Source: a virus (taxonomy: Duplodnaviria; Caudoviricetes). From it: a DNA stretch of 56,449 nucleotides. Below the pieces are notes generated by a model, which searched no databases, was not told the origin of the DNA, and worked only from the letters and a program-made list of their open reading frames with translations. This document shows, in pieces, positions 34,383 through 44,368 of the stretch (within the stretch, counting starts at the first letter, position 1; every line of letters begins with the position of its first letter). The DNA is taken from the IMG/VR virus record IMGVR_UViG_3300020159_000747, positions 1 to 56,449 of that record; one strand, given 5' to 3'. A program made the position numbers and the translations under genes.

Positions 34383-35602
34383 AGGTCACTTCCATCAATC
34401 TCACGGAACTGGCCATTATTCCAATCCCACATAAGTGATACTTCTGCGCGACCAGAGTTACGACTGTCAAGAATCTTTAATAGACGTGTGTCGTCTACCG
34501 CTTCATCTTCACGCTGTAAACCAAACAAAACGTCTGCGTCTTGATGGAAAGATGATGAGTAACCAATAGAGTCAGCAGTTACTTGACCCTTGCTCATCTT
34601 CCATTTCAATGCCTGAGTTGATACAACAATAGGCACTTTAAACTTTTGAGCCATGCGCTTTAAAGAACGGGTGATGTTAGTGATAGCAAGGGGCTCGTTT
34701 GACTTACCAGTCTGCTCATCAATCATTAAGTAAGTACCATCAATAAAAACAATGTCTGGATGCAGTACCTGAATCTTGCTGGCGATACCAGTTACGGTCA
34801 TGCCTGATGCGGCATCAACTAACCAAAACTTCTCACGCATCTTTGTAATGTTCTCAAGCTTTTGCTTATACCGTGCTTCTTCTTCTGGTGTTAGCAAGCC
34901 ATTGATTAATCGACTGTGGGAAATGCGAGCTCGCATAGAGTCATAACGGGTAATTTGTTCGCTGTTGCTCATCTCAAACGACTGGAACATAACTTTCTTG
35001 TCTTGCATGTGCACGTTCTGTGCAATCTGTAATGCAAGTGTTGACTTACCAGTCTTAGGTGGAGCCACAATAACAATTAACTGACCGTCTTGTAGACCAC
35101 CAGTTGCTAGGTCCATAGTTGGGAACCCTGTTGGAACTCCAAGAAGCCCTGGGTTGTTCTTTCGGTACTCATACTCATCCCAACGAGATAGAGGCTCGTT
35201 AGTTACATCTAGGTCGCTGCTCTTACTTAGGCCGTCTTCTTCAAGACTAGAGATACCACTCTGTAATGTAAGCAACGCTGTCTCATGGTCTTGAGCATCA
35301 ATAAATTTAATAGCCCCATCAATCATCCTGATGGTGGCTGCAACGCGGCGCTCTTTAACTACAACATCAATTAGATACTCTAAAGAATCATGTACATCTA
35401 CTAACTTATAGTTAGGGAAGTTTTGTCTGATTACATCAAGGCTTGGAACTTCAGCATAAGTGGTGAAGTGTTCACGGGTTAGTTTCCATACCTGTTTATT
35501 ATCTGGGTCAACAAACCAGGAGTCATGGACACCGCGTTCAAATAGAAGAGCTAGGTCGCGGTCAGCAAGTACTTTGCTTAATAATTTAGTTTCATTGTTC
35601 AT
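34379..35602 (-). CDS. dnaB: DnaB-like replicative helicase
   Basis: PTGFPTMD, APPKTGKS, SFEM, FIDG, QDAD. Confidence 0.9.
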   Translation of the reverse strand: MNNETKLLSKVLADRDLALLFERGVHDSWFVDPDNKQVWKLTREHFTTYAEVPSLDVIRQNFPNYKLVDVHDSLEYLIDVVVKERRVAATIRMIDGAIKFIDAQDHETALLTLQSGISSLEEDGLSKSSDLDVTNEPLSRWDEYEYRKNNPGLLGVPTGFPTMDLATGGLQDGQLIVIVAPPKTGKSTLALQIAQNVHMQDKKVMFQSFEMSNSEQITRYDSMRARISHSRLINGLLTPEEEARYKQKLENITKMREKFWLVDAASGMTVTGIASKIQVLHPDIVFIDGTYLMIDEQTGKSNEPLAITNITRSLKRMAQKFKVPIVVSTQALKWKMSKGQVTADSIGYSSSFHQDADVLFGLQREDEAVDDTRLLKILDSRNSGRAEVSLMWDWNNGQFREIDGSDL

Positions 35603-36006
35603 AAGCCTTTAAAGTCTCGCCCCCAGTGCCCGTATCGTAGAAGTCTTGATTGTATATCAACAACACCTACAACTTCGGGTCTGAGAGGTAACTCAGATAC
35701 CAAATGGTTGACCGTGTCGTATGCCGTGAAGTATCTAAACGGGTTAGTACCTGCCTTGTCAAGCTGGTCAACCAATGTAGATAAATCTTGTTCCGTTAAA
35801 TCATATGAGACAAGCTCTAATGTAAAGCCTGTTTTGTTTGTATACAGATACAACCAGCTAAGGATGGCTCTGTCAATCTTTTTGTCTATCTTAACAGTTG
35901 GAATTATTTTAAACTTTTTGCCTTTTTTAATTTCAAGTGTTAAAAAAATGTCGGTGGTAACAAGTAGCCTTTTTGGTAACTCGTTACTTATATCCCCATG
36001 CTTCAT
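35599..36006 (-). CDS. Hypothetical protein (possibly a degenerate HAD-like fold)
   Basis: 135 aa within the replication operon. Confidence 0.6.
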   Translation of the reverse strand: MKHGDISNELPKRLLVTTDIFLTLEIKKGKKFKIIPTVKIDKKIDRAILSWLYLYTNKTGFTLELVSYDLTEQDLSTLVDQLDKAGTNPFRYFTAYDTVNHLVSELPLRPEVVGVVDIQSRLLRYGHWGRDFKGL

Positions 36007-36010
36007 GGGG

Positions 36011-36325
36011 TTAGAATACCTCTATCTTTCCAAACTTGATAACAAATTCTCGAAAGTCTGTATTAGATTGGCGAGCCTTGTCCGCATCGTCTTTGGATGC
36101 ACGGCTAGAAATTTCTAAAGGATAGTTGCCGTTATTATTTTCAATGCGCGTCTTTACAAACTTAACATGCTTGCAAGTGGCACGACCTTTAAAGCCAGGG
36201 CATGTACAAAATAATTTCTCAGTTCCTTCTTGAACCGATACTTCGTAGATTCCTGGACCTGGGGTCTGAGTCTGGCTTAGGAAAACCTGCACCAGTCTGT
36301 ACTCTTCATTCACAGCATTCCTCAT
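36011..36325 (-). CDS. SWIM zinc-finger protein
   Basis: YEV...CTCPGF...CKHV. Confidence 0.75.
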   Translation of the reverse strand: MRNAVNEEYRLVQVFLSQTQTPGPGIYEVSVQEGTEKLFCTCPGFKGRATCKHVKFVKTRIENNNGNYPLEISSRASKDDADKARQSNTDFREFVIKFGKIEVF

Positions 36326-37011
36326 TTACGTAGGTCTCCTCTTTGTGACACGACTGGTAGATAGGCAAACGCACCTCTTGCGAAACTCTCTGTTGCGTCT
36401 CCATAGAGGCCTGCCCAATCATTTAATTCTACGTTTGTTGTAATGATAGTTGGTAATCCGTTGTTATATCTAGTGCGCAAAAGATGGTGGAGCATGTTCT
36501 TTTGCCACCCAGAGAGACCCGCATGTTCCTTGCCAATATCGTCTAAAACTAATACACGAATATTGTAGGCATCCGCTAAAGACTCACCTAGAACACCATG
36601 ATAGAGGGTGTCCTGGTCATCTGTCGGCTCATTCATCATAGAACCTTTGAGGTTTAAGAAATCATTAAAGGTCATAAAGTAACAAGGCCTAATCAATGAC
36701 TCGCTAGCCTTTACGTCAAAAGCCTCAATTGGCAGGGTTAACATCATTTCTTGGATAGTCGACAAAGCTAAAGTAGTTTTTCCACGCCCTGGGTTGCCGT
36801 ATAATAGAAGACCTTTTCCACATGATGGATTACCAGCGGCCCGTACTACTTTGCCATCAGCCACAGCCTGAACCCAAGCACGTATTTTTTTAATATCTTC
36901 TTGGTCTGATTGTTGGCAGTCATCTAAAGTCCAACCCTGAAGTAGGTAGGGAATACCAGCAGACTGTATCCAAGAACGACGTCTAACTTTTTGTTCTTCT
37001 AACTTATACAT
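36322..37011 (-). CDS. DnaC/IstB-like AAA+ helicase loader
   Basis: AGIP, GLLLYGNPGRGKT, VLVLDDIGKE, RY..LPTIITTN. Confidence 0.85.
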   Translation of the reverse strand: MYKLEEQKVRRRSWIQSAGIPYLLQGWTLDDCQQSDQEDIKKIRAWVQAVADGKVVRAAGNPSCGKGLLLYGNPGRGKTTLALSTIQEMMLTLPIEAFDVKASESLIRPCYFMTFNDFLNLKGSMMNEPTDDQDTLYHGVLGESLADAYNIRVLVLDDIGKEHAGLSGWQKNMLHHLLRTRYNNGLPTIITTNVELNDWAGLYGDATESFARGAFAYLPVVSQRGDLRK

Positions 37012-37924
37012 TAAAACCCTCCCATGATTTAGATGCGTCATCCTTAAGTGCTGCAACATCGACGTCAGTGTTATTACTTCTGCGGATGTCTGGAAGCATA
37101 TCTGGCGCCCTCTTTATAAACATACGCCACACCCTATCTGGGTTGTCAAGTCTCTTGTCGTGCTTGATAGTTGATAAAAACTTATCAATTAAAGTTCTTT
37201 CTTCTTCGCCGTTGGTTCCGTGTTTTTCGCGGAGCAACTCGATAGCGCCATTTAATCCAGAGCGGTTGGTTGTCCACTCAGCGATGTGCCAGATTTGTTT
37301 CATCTGGTCCGCAAAGTATGTAGAGACCTGGCTAGGTGTCCAGTCCTTAGTCTCACGGCTAGCAAGTTCAATAACTTTATCCGAGTGACGACTTTGACGA
37401 GCCTCTGTTTTTTCGCGGCGCTTTCGCTCGCGGTCCTTTGCCTTTAGTTCCGCCAAATCATCAGGGTCAATTGGGTCCCCGCCTAACATCTGTTCTCCAA
37501 TCTTTAGGTCCATAGTTTCAAAAGTTTCATTGTGGTCCGACTCCGTCGGACCCTCTTTTAATAAAGAATTTGTATATAGACTATTAGGATAATTAGCTAT
37601 ATTGCTATTCTGTGAAATGGAGTTGCCTTTTTTGGCATGCGGTCCGCGTTCCTTTTTGGCACTCCGTCCGTCTGCCTTTTCGGCATACCGTGATAGATAC
37701 TCTAGTCCCTCTTCAGTGATTAGCAACTGACTCCAGTAGTGACCGCCCTGACCCCTACCCTTCTCTAGGGCCACGTAGCCCCTAGAACGGAGCTCAGTCA
37801 GCCCTGAGCGGATTACCTTCACACCCGTCTGGAAGGCCTCAGAAAGGCCCTCAGCGCCTCGTAGAGCCCCGAATGAGCGAATATGTAGGAGTATACCTAG
37901 GGCTTTAGGGCTTATCGGTTCCAT
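37004..37924 (-). CDS. Putative replication initiator (N-terminal wHTH)
   Basis: ISPKALGILLHI...IRSGLTELRSRGYV; directly upstream of the loader. Confidence 0.6.
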   Translation of the reverse strand: MEPISPKALGILLHIRSFGALRGAEGLSEAFQTGVKVIRSGLTELRSRGYVALEKGRGQGGHYWSQLLITEEGLEYLSRYAEKADGRSAKKERGPHAKKGNSISQNSNIANYPNSLYTNSLLKEGPTESDHNETFETMDLKIGEQMLGGDPIDPDDLAELKAKDRERKRREKTEARQSRHSDKVIELASRETKDWTPSQVSTYFADQMKQIWHIAEWTTNRSGLNGAIELLREKHGTNGEEERTLIDKFLSTIKHDKRLDNPDRVWRMFIKRAPDMLPDIRRSNNTDVDVAALKDDASKSWEGFNV

Positions 37925-38573
37925 CACCCTTAGCCTTCTCCAATTCTTCAATAAATACTTTAGCAAAGATACGGGCTATGGCTTCTATTCCTTGATGGAG
38001 ATTCTCCATATCCTCGACCTCGTCTTCTTCTTCGTCGTCTTCCCAATCTTCTTCTTCTTCGTAATCTTCTTCCTCCTCCTGAACAATAGGAGCCTCTTTC
38101 TTTTCTATAACCTCTTCCTTTGGAAACTCTGGCTCTTTGATTGCCTTGATATCTGGAGCAGCAGAGATAGGTGAGAGTCCATCACTTAAATCAAAACAAG
38201 GAACATCGTTCTCTTTACAGACTGCCAAGATGTGCTGGGAGTCCTGGTCTTCATCATCCCACAAGATAAATGCTGAGGTCTTAGAGCTCTTTAATTTTGA
38301 TGCAGCTTCCTCGAACGGCTTTATAGTTACGTTCATACTGGCCGCGGGGATGCCTTCGTGTGTTGCATCCTCTGGGGCAAAGATTAAAATATCTTTGTGT
38401 TTATCTTTTGCGTACTGGGCAGCAAAGACCTGACCCTGTGACGGCTTTAATTTATACGGGAGTACTAAGAATCCCTCATTACCATTTGCATAGTAATAAT
38501 CTTCCATAAGGGCTTCAATGTTTGCCCGACTTGTTTCCCCGTTACCACCTACGATAACAAAGTACTTTTCCAT
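37905..38573 (-). CDS. Hypothetical protein with acidic tract
   Basis: 222 aa, AAGGAGG RBS, poly-E/D segment. Confidence 0.7.
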   Translation of the reverse strand: MEKYFVIVGGNGETSRANIEALMEDYYYANGNEGFLVLPYKLKPSQGQVFAAQYAKDKHKDILIFAPEDATHEGIPAASMNVTIKPFEEAASKLKSSKTSAFILWDDEDQDSQHILAVCKENDVPCFDLSDGLSPISAAPDIKAIKEPEFPKEEVIEKKEAPIVQEEEEDYEEEEDWEDDEEEDEVEDMENLHQGIEAIARIFAKVFIEELEKAKGDGTDKP

Positions 38574-38611
38574 AAGACCTCCTTGTTAGGAGACCCATAC
38601 TACACAATTTC

Positions 38612-38893
38612 TTATTCTGGTCTAGTCGGGTTAACAATGGCTGGTTTGTATACAGCTACTCGTTCTACAATAGCTAACAGAGCTGAGCCAAGAAACGCAC
38701 CAGATACGGCATATAGTACGACTCCCTTGGTAGTTGAAACTTCAACTAACCAGCATGCGATGCTTGAAAAACTAATTGAGGAAATAGCATTGGTAACCCT
38801 ATTACTAATAAAAATACTTAGAATAGAAACTAGCGGCTCTATGACTGCAAGCAAAAATGCTGTAAAGCATCCGATGAGTATTAGGTCTAGCAT
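38612..38893 (-). CDS. Membrane protein (holin-like)
   Basis: Three hydrophobic segments; leaderless start. Confidence 0.5.
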   Translation of the reverse strand: MLDLILIGCFTAFLLAVIEPLVSILSIFISNRVTNAISSISFSSIACWLVEVSTTKGVVLYAVSGAFLGSALLAIVERVAVYKPAIVNPTRPE

Positions 38894-38905
38894 AGGGCTA
38901 TCCTA

Positions 38906-41695
38906 CTACGTCTTTGGTTGAGCAAGATACACGGCATAGGAAGCACCTAGGCCAACGTACTCGTCAAGGGCTCCTGCGTTCATACGGCTTTCAATAGCCA
39001 CGCGGTTCTTGTAGTAGTGGCTACGCCCAGCATTAGGAGCAGCGCCTTCCCAGAAGAGCTCAGCTGTAGAGCTAAAACCTACGCTGCCGTCAAAGTACTC
39101 TAATACAAAGAAGCTATTTTCAAATAGAGAAGCGTCTGTATAAAGGATGTCTGATGCCGCTAGTGGGGTCCAGGCTAGCTGCACGTGTGCGTAAGCTGCG
39201 TTATCTGGAGCTACAGCTGTGACTGAAGCTCGTACCCATCCAGTAGCGTTAACAGGGAATGCACTTCCCGACGCCGTACTAATAACTGTCTTGCTTGAGT
39301 TGTACCAAACAATAGATGGTGTTACAGGGTTAGAGGTCTGCCCAGCTTTTACGTACACGCTAAATGAGTACGCAGTCTCAGGGTAGTAGATTCCCATAAG
39401 GTCAGCAGATGTTGTAGTTGACTTAACCAATACTTGGGTAGTTCCTGAAGATGTAACTCTAAACGCGTTTCCAGATTTGTACACTTCTCCAACAGTAACC
39501 GCTGTAGGAACGACAGTTGAACCAGATGCATTAAAGGTTAACTCATTATCACCAGCTGAGAGTAACGTTTTTACTCCATCAAATGGGGCACCCATATTTG
39601 TAACAACTACAACATCGCCAGATTTGTAAGTATGAACTATATCTGTAATAAGTTTTGCTACTCCAGCTGTTAGCTGCTTACTTGTTACTTTGTAAAAATC
39701 AATGTTAGGTTCTGCGGAACCACTAACTACAGAAGAAGTTGCGTTGGTCACTGACCATGGGGTGGTAGGGGATTCAAACCTAGGGTTCTTAAGTTCATTA
39801 ATTCTGTTTGCTTTAAAAGTTAAATGTACAGTTCTAGCATCATCATAAGAGGTTACCGTTGCTGATTTTTCAAACTGAGCGGCGTCAATAAAATGATACT
39901 CATTTAAAGAGCTAGCGCCAACGCTTGAGATAATAATTTGTGGTACAGCGTAGTAACACTCTTGAGCTTTCTGTACAGATAATAGAAGACCAGAACCTGT
40001 TCCACCAAGTAATGAGTTGTTGATAGTAAACACTGTAGTTGTATCAGCACCAGCTCCACCATTAGGGATAGATGCAGATAGTACTACACCGCCGCTAATA
40101 AATACGTTTGCTAAAGGAGTAATGGTTGGTTGTTTTCCAGATACATAAGTTAGGGGAACGTTGGTAAATGAGCCATTACCATACCCAGTTCCACCACTAG
40201 TAATAGCATTTAAAAATAGTTTTGTAGGGGCAACGTCTGTTACGTATGGGCGAGCGCCCAGTGACCCAACAGTATTATTTACAGAAGTACCAGTAGAAGT
40301 TTGGATTAAAACGCCAAAGCGGTCGTACCATTTAACAGCTGCCTGCATAGAACGAGAGTTTAAATTAGAACCGCTGTAGAAACTAAAGGTATAAGTTTGA
40401 CCACTGTCAACAGGTACGCCATCAGTAACAGGGTTGTTATCTCCACAAGATACAGTTACTTCAGCAGTTTCATTTAAAGCATTTTTTATGGCTAACAAGC
40501 CTTTTCTTTTATTAGGAAACAAAGCTGGAGTTGTTGCTTCAACCCATGGCTCTGGTTGCGGAACAATGTAGGGCGCCTCATCAATTGTGTAATTGTAGGC
40601 ATTACGTAAAGATATATCAGGTGAAGTTAAAGAGTAAGAAATAGAATTGTTGTCTACCGCTGTGATAGCTACAGACGTAACTGTTTTATTAAAGATAGGG
40701 TAAGGAACATTAAAAATAAAAATCTTCATTCCAACTTTATATCCGTGGGAACCCACGTATAAACGGCCAGTGTTACTTACTACCGAAACTTGAGTGATTT
40801 CTTTTCTAGCAACTTGGGATAAGGTACCGCTAGAGTTTGGAGACACCCAGTGTCCAACGCCTTCTTCAAAAGAAGCATCGTTGTAATCAAGCAAAATATT
40901 GTGGCTTATTTGAATGCCTTCAGTTGGCTTGTTTGCTACTGTAGCGTCTTTGTTCTCAATAACACCCCATCCAGTAAACCCACGAACATAGTTGCGAAGT
41001 CCGTCACGGCTTCCCTTTGATTTCTCTACAATAAGCGCATCTCTTAGTAGTACACGAGAGCGCTCAAACCCAATCTCAGGTTCATAGTTAATACCAAACT
41101 GAGTTAACAATGGTGCTAGAAGTACTCCAGGAGTTTTTTCTGGGTTGTACTTCTCTCTAGATATCTGAGCTAATGATTTAATATAGTCAAACTGAAACCC
41201 AAAAAGACCTAAGAAGTTTCGTAAATCTGCGTTATCTGTTCCAGAGTTTGCTGTGTATGGCTGGGTTAACTTCATAGCTTCTGGTATGTACTCATATAGC
41301 TTTGTTTGCATTTTGTAATTAAATACAGACAAGCCAGATACTCGTCCAGCAATTACCCACTGCAGCTGTGTTGTTTCTAATACAAATAGAGAGTAATAAA
41401 AGATTCTTGGCTCTGTAGCTGGAAGTGTGTCGTCAAAGAACTGAGGGTCTAAGCCACGTGTAGTATCAAAGACAGTCAAGCCATCCGTAATATTCACAGG
41501 GTAGCCGTACTTGTTTCTTACAATCTTGAGTTTTGCCCAGGCTCCAACAGGAGTAATCCATGACAAAGTAATCTTTCCATAGGAAGTAGAAAGAGCCTGA
41601 AAGTCTTCGGCTACAAATGAAAGCGGAGAATCGGGACCATAGTAGCTTAGAGGAAAATCTAAACTGCTATAGTAATCAAGACCGTAACGTGCCAT
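38906..41695 (-). CDS. Baseplate wedge / tail protein with carbohydrate-binding-like domains
   Basis: P2 gpI-like LRNFL..FGF...KSKGS; repeated YTFS/YSFSVYVK...DAAQFE beta-sandwich motifs. Confidence 0.7.
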   Translation of the reverse strand: MARYGLDYYSSLDFPLSYYGPDSPLSFVAEDFQALSTSYGKITLSWITPVGAWAKLKIVRNKYGYPVNITDGLTVFDTTRGLDPQFFDDTLPATEPRIFYYSLFVLETTQLQWVIAGRVSGLSVFNYKMQTKLYEYIPEAMKLTQPYTANSGTDNADLRNFLGLFGFQFDYIKSLAQISREKYNPEKTPGVLLAPLLTQFGINYEPEIGFERSRVLLRDALIVEKSKGSRDGLRNYVRGFTGWGVIENKDATVANKPTEGIQISHNILLDYNDASFEEGVGHWVSPNSSGTLSQVARKEITQVSVVSNTGRLYVGSHGYKVGMKIFIFNVPYPIFNKTVTSVAITAVDNNSISYSLTSPDISLRNAYNYTIDEAPYIVPQPEPWVEATTPALFPNKRKGLLAIKNALNETAEVTVSCGDNNPVTDGVPVDSGQTYTFSFYSGSNLNSRSMQAAVKWYDRFGVLIQTSTGTSVNNTVGSLGARPYVTDVAPTKLFLNAITSGGTGYGNGSFTNVPLTYVSGKQPTITPLANVFISGGVVLSASIPNGGAGADTTTVFTINNSLLGGTGSGLLLSVQKAQECYYAVPQIIISSVGASSLNEYHFIDAAQFEKSATVTSYDDARTVHLTFKANRINELKNPRFESPTTPWSVTNATSSVVSGSAEPNIDFYKVTSKQLTAGVAKLITDIVHTYKSGDVVVVTNMGAPFDGVKTLLSAGDNELTFNASGSTVVPTAVTVGEVYKSGNAFRVTSSGTTQVLVKSTTTSADLMGIYYPETAYSFSVYVKAGQTSNPVTPSIVWYNSSKTVISTASGSAFPVNATGWVRASVTAVAPDNAAYAHVQLAWTPLAASDILYTDASLFENSFFVLEYFDGSVGFSSTAELFWEGAAPNAGRSHYYKNRVAIESRMNAGALDEYVGLGASYAVYLAQPKT

Positions 41696-43407
41696 TAGAG
41701 AGTAATACCTCCAGAAGCACTAACAGTTAGACTTGAAAGTGTTGGGAGCTCACTCTTAGCACACTCAATATCATTAACTTCATATACGGTAATAGAGCCA
41801 GTAGCCGCAGCAGTGCTTACGTTGTTAAAAAGGGCTTCATATGAAATAGTATTGGCACCCTTAGCTGTCACTCTTGCAACACCATTAAAGGTACTGTCTA
41901 CACCAGTCACAGATATAAACTGACCAACAGTTACGTTGTGGTTTATTGAAGTTGTAAGTGTTGCAACTCCACTGCTAAGCACTTTATTAGTTACAGTAAA
42001 TGTCTGGTCGCTAGCTGTTCTTACAAGCTTCTGTAAGTTAGCACGGCTAACGCCTTCAACTCCATCCATAGCTTTTAGTACATCAGAGTAACTAATGTAA
42101 TCATTAAACACTACGTTATTAAAGTCGAATAGATTTTGAACTGCAGCCTTAACATTTTCCAACACCTTATCCTGTCGATAGGTAGGCAGAACAATAATGC
42201 CTCCAGCAACAGTTACTTGAACGTAAGTAGGTGGTTGAAGTGTTACCGTAGTTCCAGCTGGAATCTTATCAACTAGGTATTCGTCAATCTCAGTCTTCAA
42301 GTTGTTAAAGACTACGGATGTTGTAATACCATCGCTTTGTAGGCCGCTGTCTCCATAAGGAGCAAAGTAAACAGTTACGCTGCTATACACATCTGCAACA
42401 GATATAGCTTTAGCCACACCTGATACTTGAATTACAAGAGACGCGTAGTCACTTAGAGACACAGCTCTGTTCAAGGCTCTAATACTCTTAGGAGCATTAA
42501 TACGGATAGAGTCTGTTGACTCTTCATCCGCACCGCCAGAAGCAGCGCCAGAGATTAAACCTGAGTTTTGGTTATTTACAGACAGTCCGTTTGAGGCATT
42601 GGTCTTAATAAACTTAATTGTGTTAGCAGGAATATTTCCAGATGTGCCACCACCTACGCGGTAGGTAGCTTCAAGGCTCACACCATTTAATGGAATTCTT
42701 CCGCTGATGCTGTCACCAAATTGAACAAAGGTTGTTCCATCAGAGTTTGTATAAGTAGAGAACACTGGGTCGTATCCGCTGTAATCAACTAGGTAAGGAA
42801 CCTCTGTATAGATAACACCGTTGACGTCAATCAAGATGCTTCCTTTAATAACTGAAAGCTCTCCAAGTTCAAAGACTTGGTTAGCACTACCATCAGATGT
42901 TCCAATAGTCTCTGCTTCAATAGTTTCACCCTGTGTAGCGATTACAGTATTAGAGCCATTAGTAGCACCAGACTTAGCTGGTACTGTAATTGCACTATTT
43001 GTTTCAAATAGAATCTGTGAGGTAACGCCGTTGTTAGTTATGTTAGCCGCAACTTTTGTACGTTTTGGTACAGTAATAATGTTGGCAGAAGAGTTCTGGA
43101 AAGTAAGAAGTACTTCTGACGGAGTTGTTCTTGTTGGGGTATAACCAAGTAGGCGGGCAATCTGAAGGACAGACTCTCGCTGGCTAGCAGTCTCAATGAA
43201 GGATTCGTTTGCTGTGCGGTCAATGTAGTAATGCAAACCATCGCCAATATAAGCAAACAACTCCAATATGGTCATGCCAAAATCCGCTGGGTCGCGGTTG
43301 GTCCACTGAGGAGCGTAGTAGGGGATTAACTCAATTAGGTCTTCTCGAATAGACGAGTAGTCTCTAGACGTATAATCAACTTGGGGTATGTAGTTATCGT
43401 CAGCCAT
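41695..43407 (-). CDS. Baseplate J / T4 gp6-like wedge protein
   Basis: DYTSRDYSSIREDL, DFGMTILE, FGD, YRVGGG, RAVSLSDY. Confidence 0.88.
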   Translation of the reverse strand: MADDNYIPQVDYTSRDYSSIREDLIELIPYYAPQWTNRDPADFGMTILELFAYIGDGLHYYIDRTANESFIETASQRESVLQIARLLGYTPTRTTPSEVLLTFQNSSANIITVPKRTKVAANITNNGVTSQILFETNSAITVPAKSGATNGSNTVIATQGETIEAETIGTSDGSANQVFELGELSVIKGSILIDVNGVIYTEVPYLVDYSGYDPVFSTYTNSDGTTFVQFGDSISGRIPLNGVSLEATYRVGGGTSGNIPANTIKFIKTNASNGLSVNNQNSGLISGAASGGADEESTDSIRINAPKSIRALNRAVSLSDYASLVIQVSGVAKAISVADVYSSVTVYFAPYGDSGLQSDGITTSVVFNNLKTEIDEYLVDKIPAGTTVTLQPPTYVQVTVAGGIIVLPTYRQDKVLENVKAAVQNLFDFNNVVFNDYISYSDVLKAMDGVEGVSRANLQKLVRTASDQTFTVTNKVLSSGVATLTTSINHNVTVGQFISVTGVDSTFNGVARVTAKGANTISYEALFNNVSTAAATGSITVYEVNDIECAKSELPTLSSLTVSASGGITL

Positions 43408-43817
43408 TATCTAGGCACCTCCAGTAGTGTCTCTCCTGCTCTGCTTAGGATAGCAGTCTTTATCGTTACACTCTCGCTTATCGTGTCTCCCGCATATGTG
43501 TAAAAGACATCGAAGTAGTGCTGCTCGCTACTATCTAAGTTATAAGTAACCTTGGTTAAACTTAATGGCTTTAGCCACATACCAAAGGCAGTTGTTACAG
43601 CCTGATTGATTAAACTTTTAGCAAGTTCTTCTGGTTCAAATACAGCGCTTTTAGCTCCGCTTCCAAAGTTTGGTCGCATAACTCTTTCACCGTAGGCAGT
43701 CATAATTGCAATAACAACTCGGTCCTGCCATATTTTTTTAGGGTCGTTTGTTACAGTAATCGACCCATTTGAGTTAAAAGAAAACGGCAAGCTTATAGCC
43801 GTTGATACATCACTCAT
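43407..43817 (-). CDS. Baseplate wedge gp25-like protein
   Basis: T..GERVMRPNFGS...FEP. Confidence 0.88.
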   Translation of the reverse strand: MSDVSTAISLPFSFNSNGSITVTNDPKKIWQDRVVIAIMTAYGERVMRPNFGSGAKSAVFEPEELAKSLINQAVTTAFGMWLKPLSLTKVTYNLDSSEQHYFDVFYTYAGDTISESVTIKTAILSRAGETLLEVPR

Positions 43818-44368
43818 AGTTCTACTCCCATCCATACTGGAAAGTTAGGGTCTCCAGCAATAAACATAACCCAAACTTTTTGTCCTACCGCTGGCACCAA
43901 CCTGTGTGGCGTGTGCTCAGGGAATTCTGTAGTTATTTCTAAATCATCATTCCATTTGTTCTCTGTATCAGCGTCAGTCTCATGAGCATGGTCTAAGTTC
44001 CACGTACTGTCAGGACTTTTACCTGTGTGGTTATTAGTGTGAGCATCATGAGCCAGGCTGATGGCTACGGTGTGGGTGTGAGAACCAAAGGTACTAACAG
44101 TTGCACCGCTTGTTGTAATGGTTTCTGAGTGAGTAGCGTGAGTGGCATGAGCCTGTAAAAGGGCAGCAACTTCAGAGGCTAGATGTTTCTTATGGTCAGG
44201 GTGATTAGAGTTAGAGGTTACAGGAAGGCATGGTCTTGCCCACTCTGTCATCTCCTGTCCCATGACTTGAGGAACTTGAAGCTTAATTTTGTTTTCGCCT
44301 TCAGGGTCATCGTTATCAGCACAGAGGCCTTCATAAAGTCCGTAGAACTTTGCGTCGTAGTCTTTCAT
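43814..44368 (-). CDS. Baseplate spike (gp5/gpV OB-fold) with His-rich insert
   Basis: YEG...DP...IKLQVP...WARPC; VPAVGQKVWVMFIAGDPNFPVWMG. Confidence 0.8.
   Translation of the reverse strand: MKDYDAKFYGLYEGLCADNDDPEGENKIKLQVPQVMGQEMTEWARPCLPVTSNSNHPDHKKHLASEVAALLQAHATHATHSETITTSGATVSTFGSHTHTVAISLAHDAHTNNHTGKSPDSTWNLDHAHETDADTENKWNDDLEITTEFPEHTPHRLVPAVGQKVWVMFIAGDPNFPVWMGVEL

Noticed and set aside
9422-35602. Inteins or introns in nrdJ, recA, polA or dnaB
   Set aside because: The ORFs are uninterrupted and of normal length, with no splice-junction or homing-endonuclease motifs seen.
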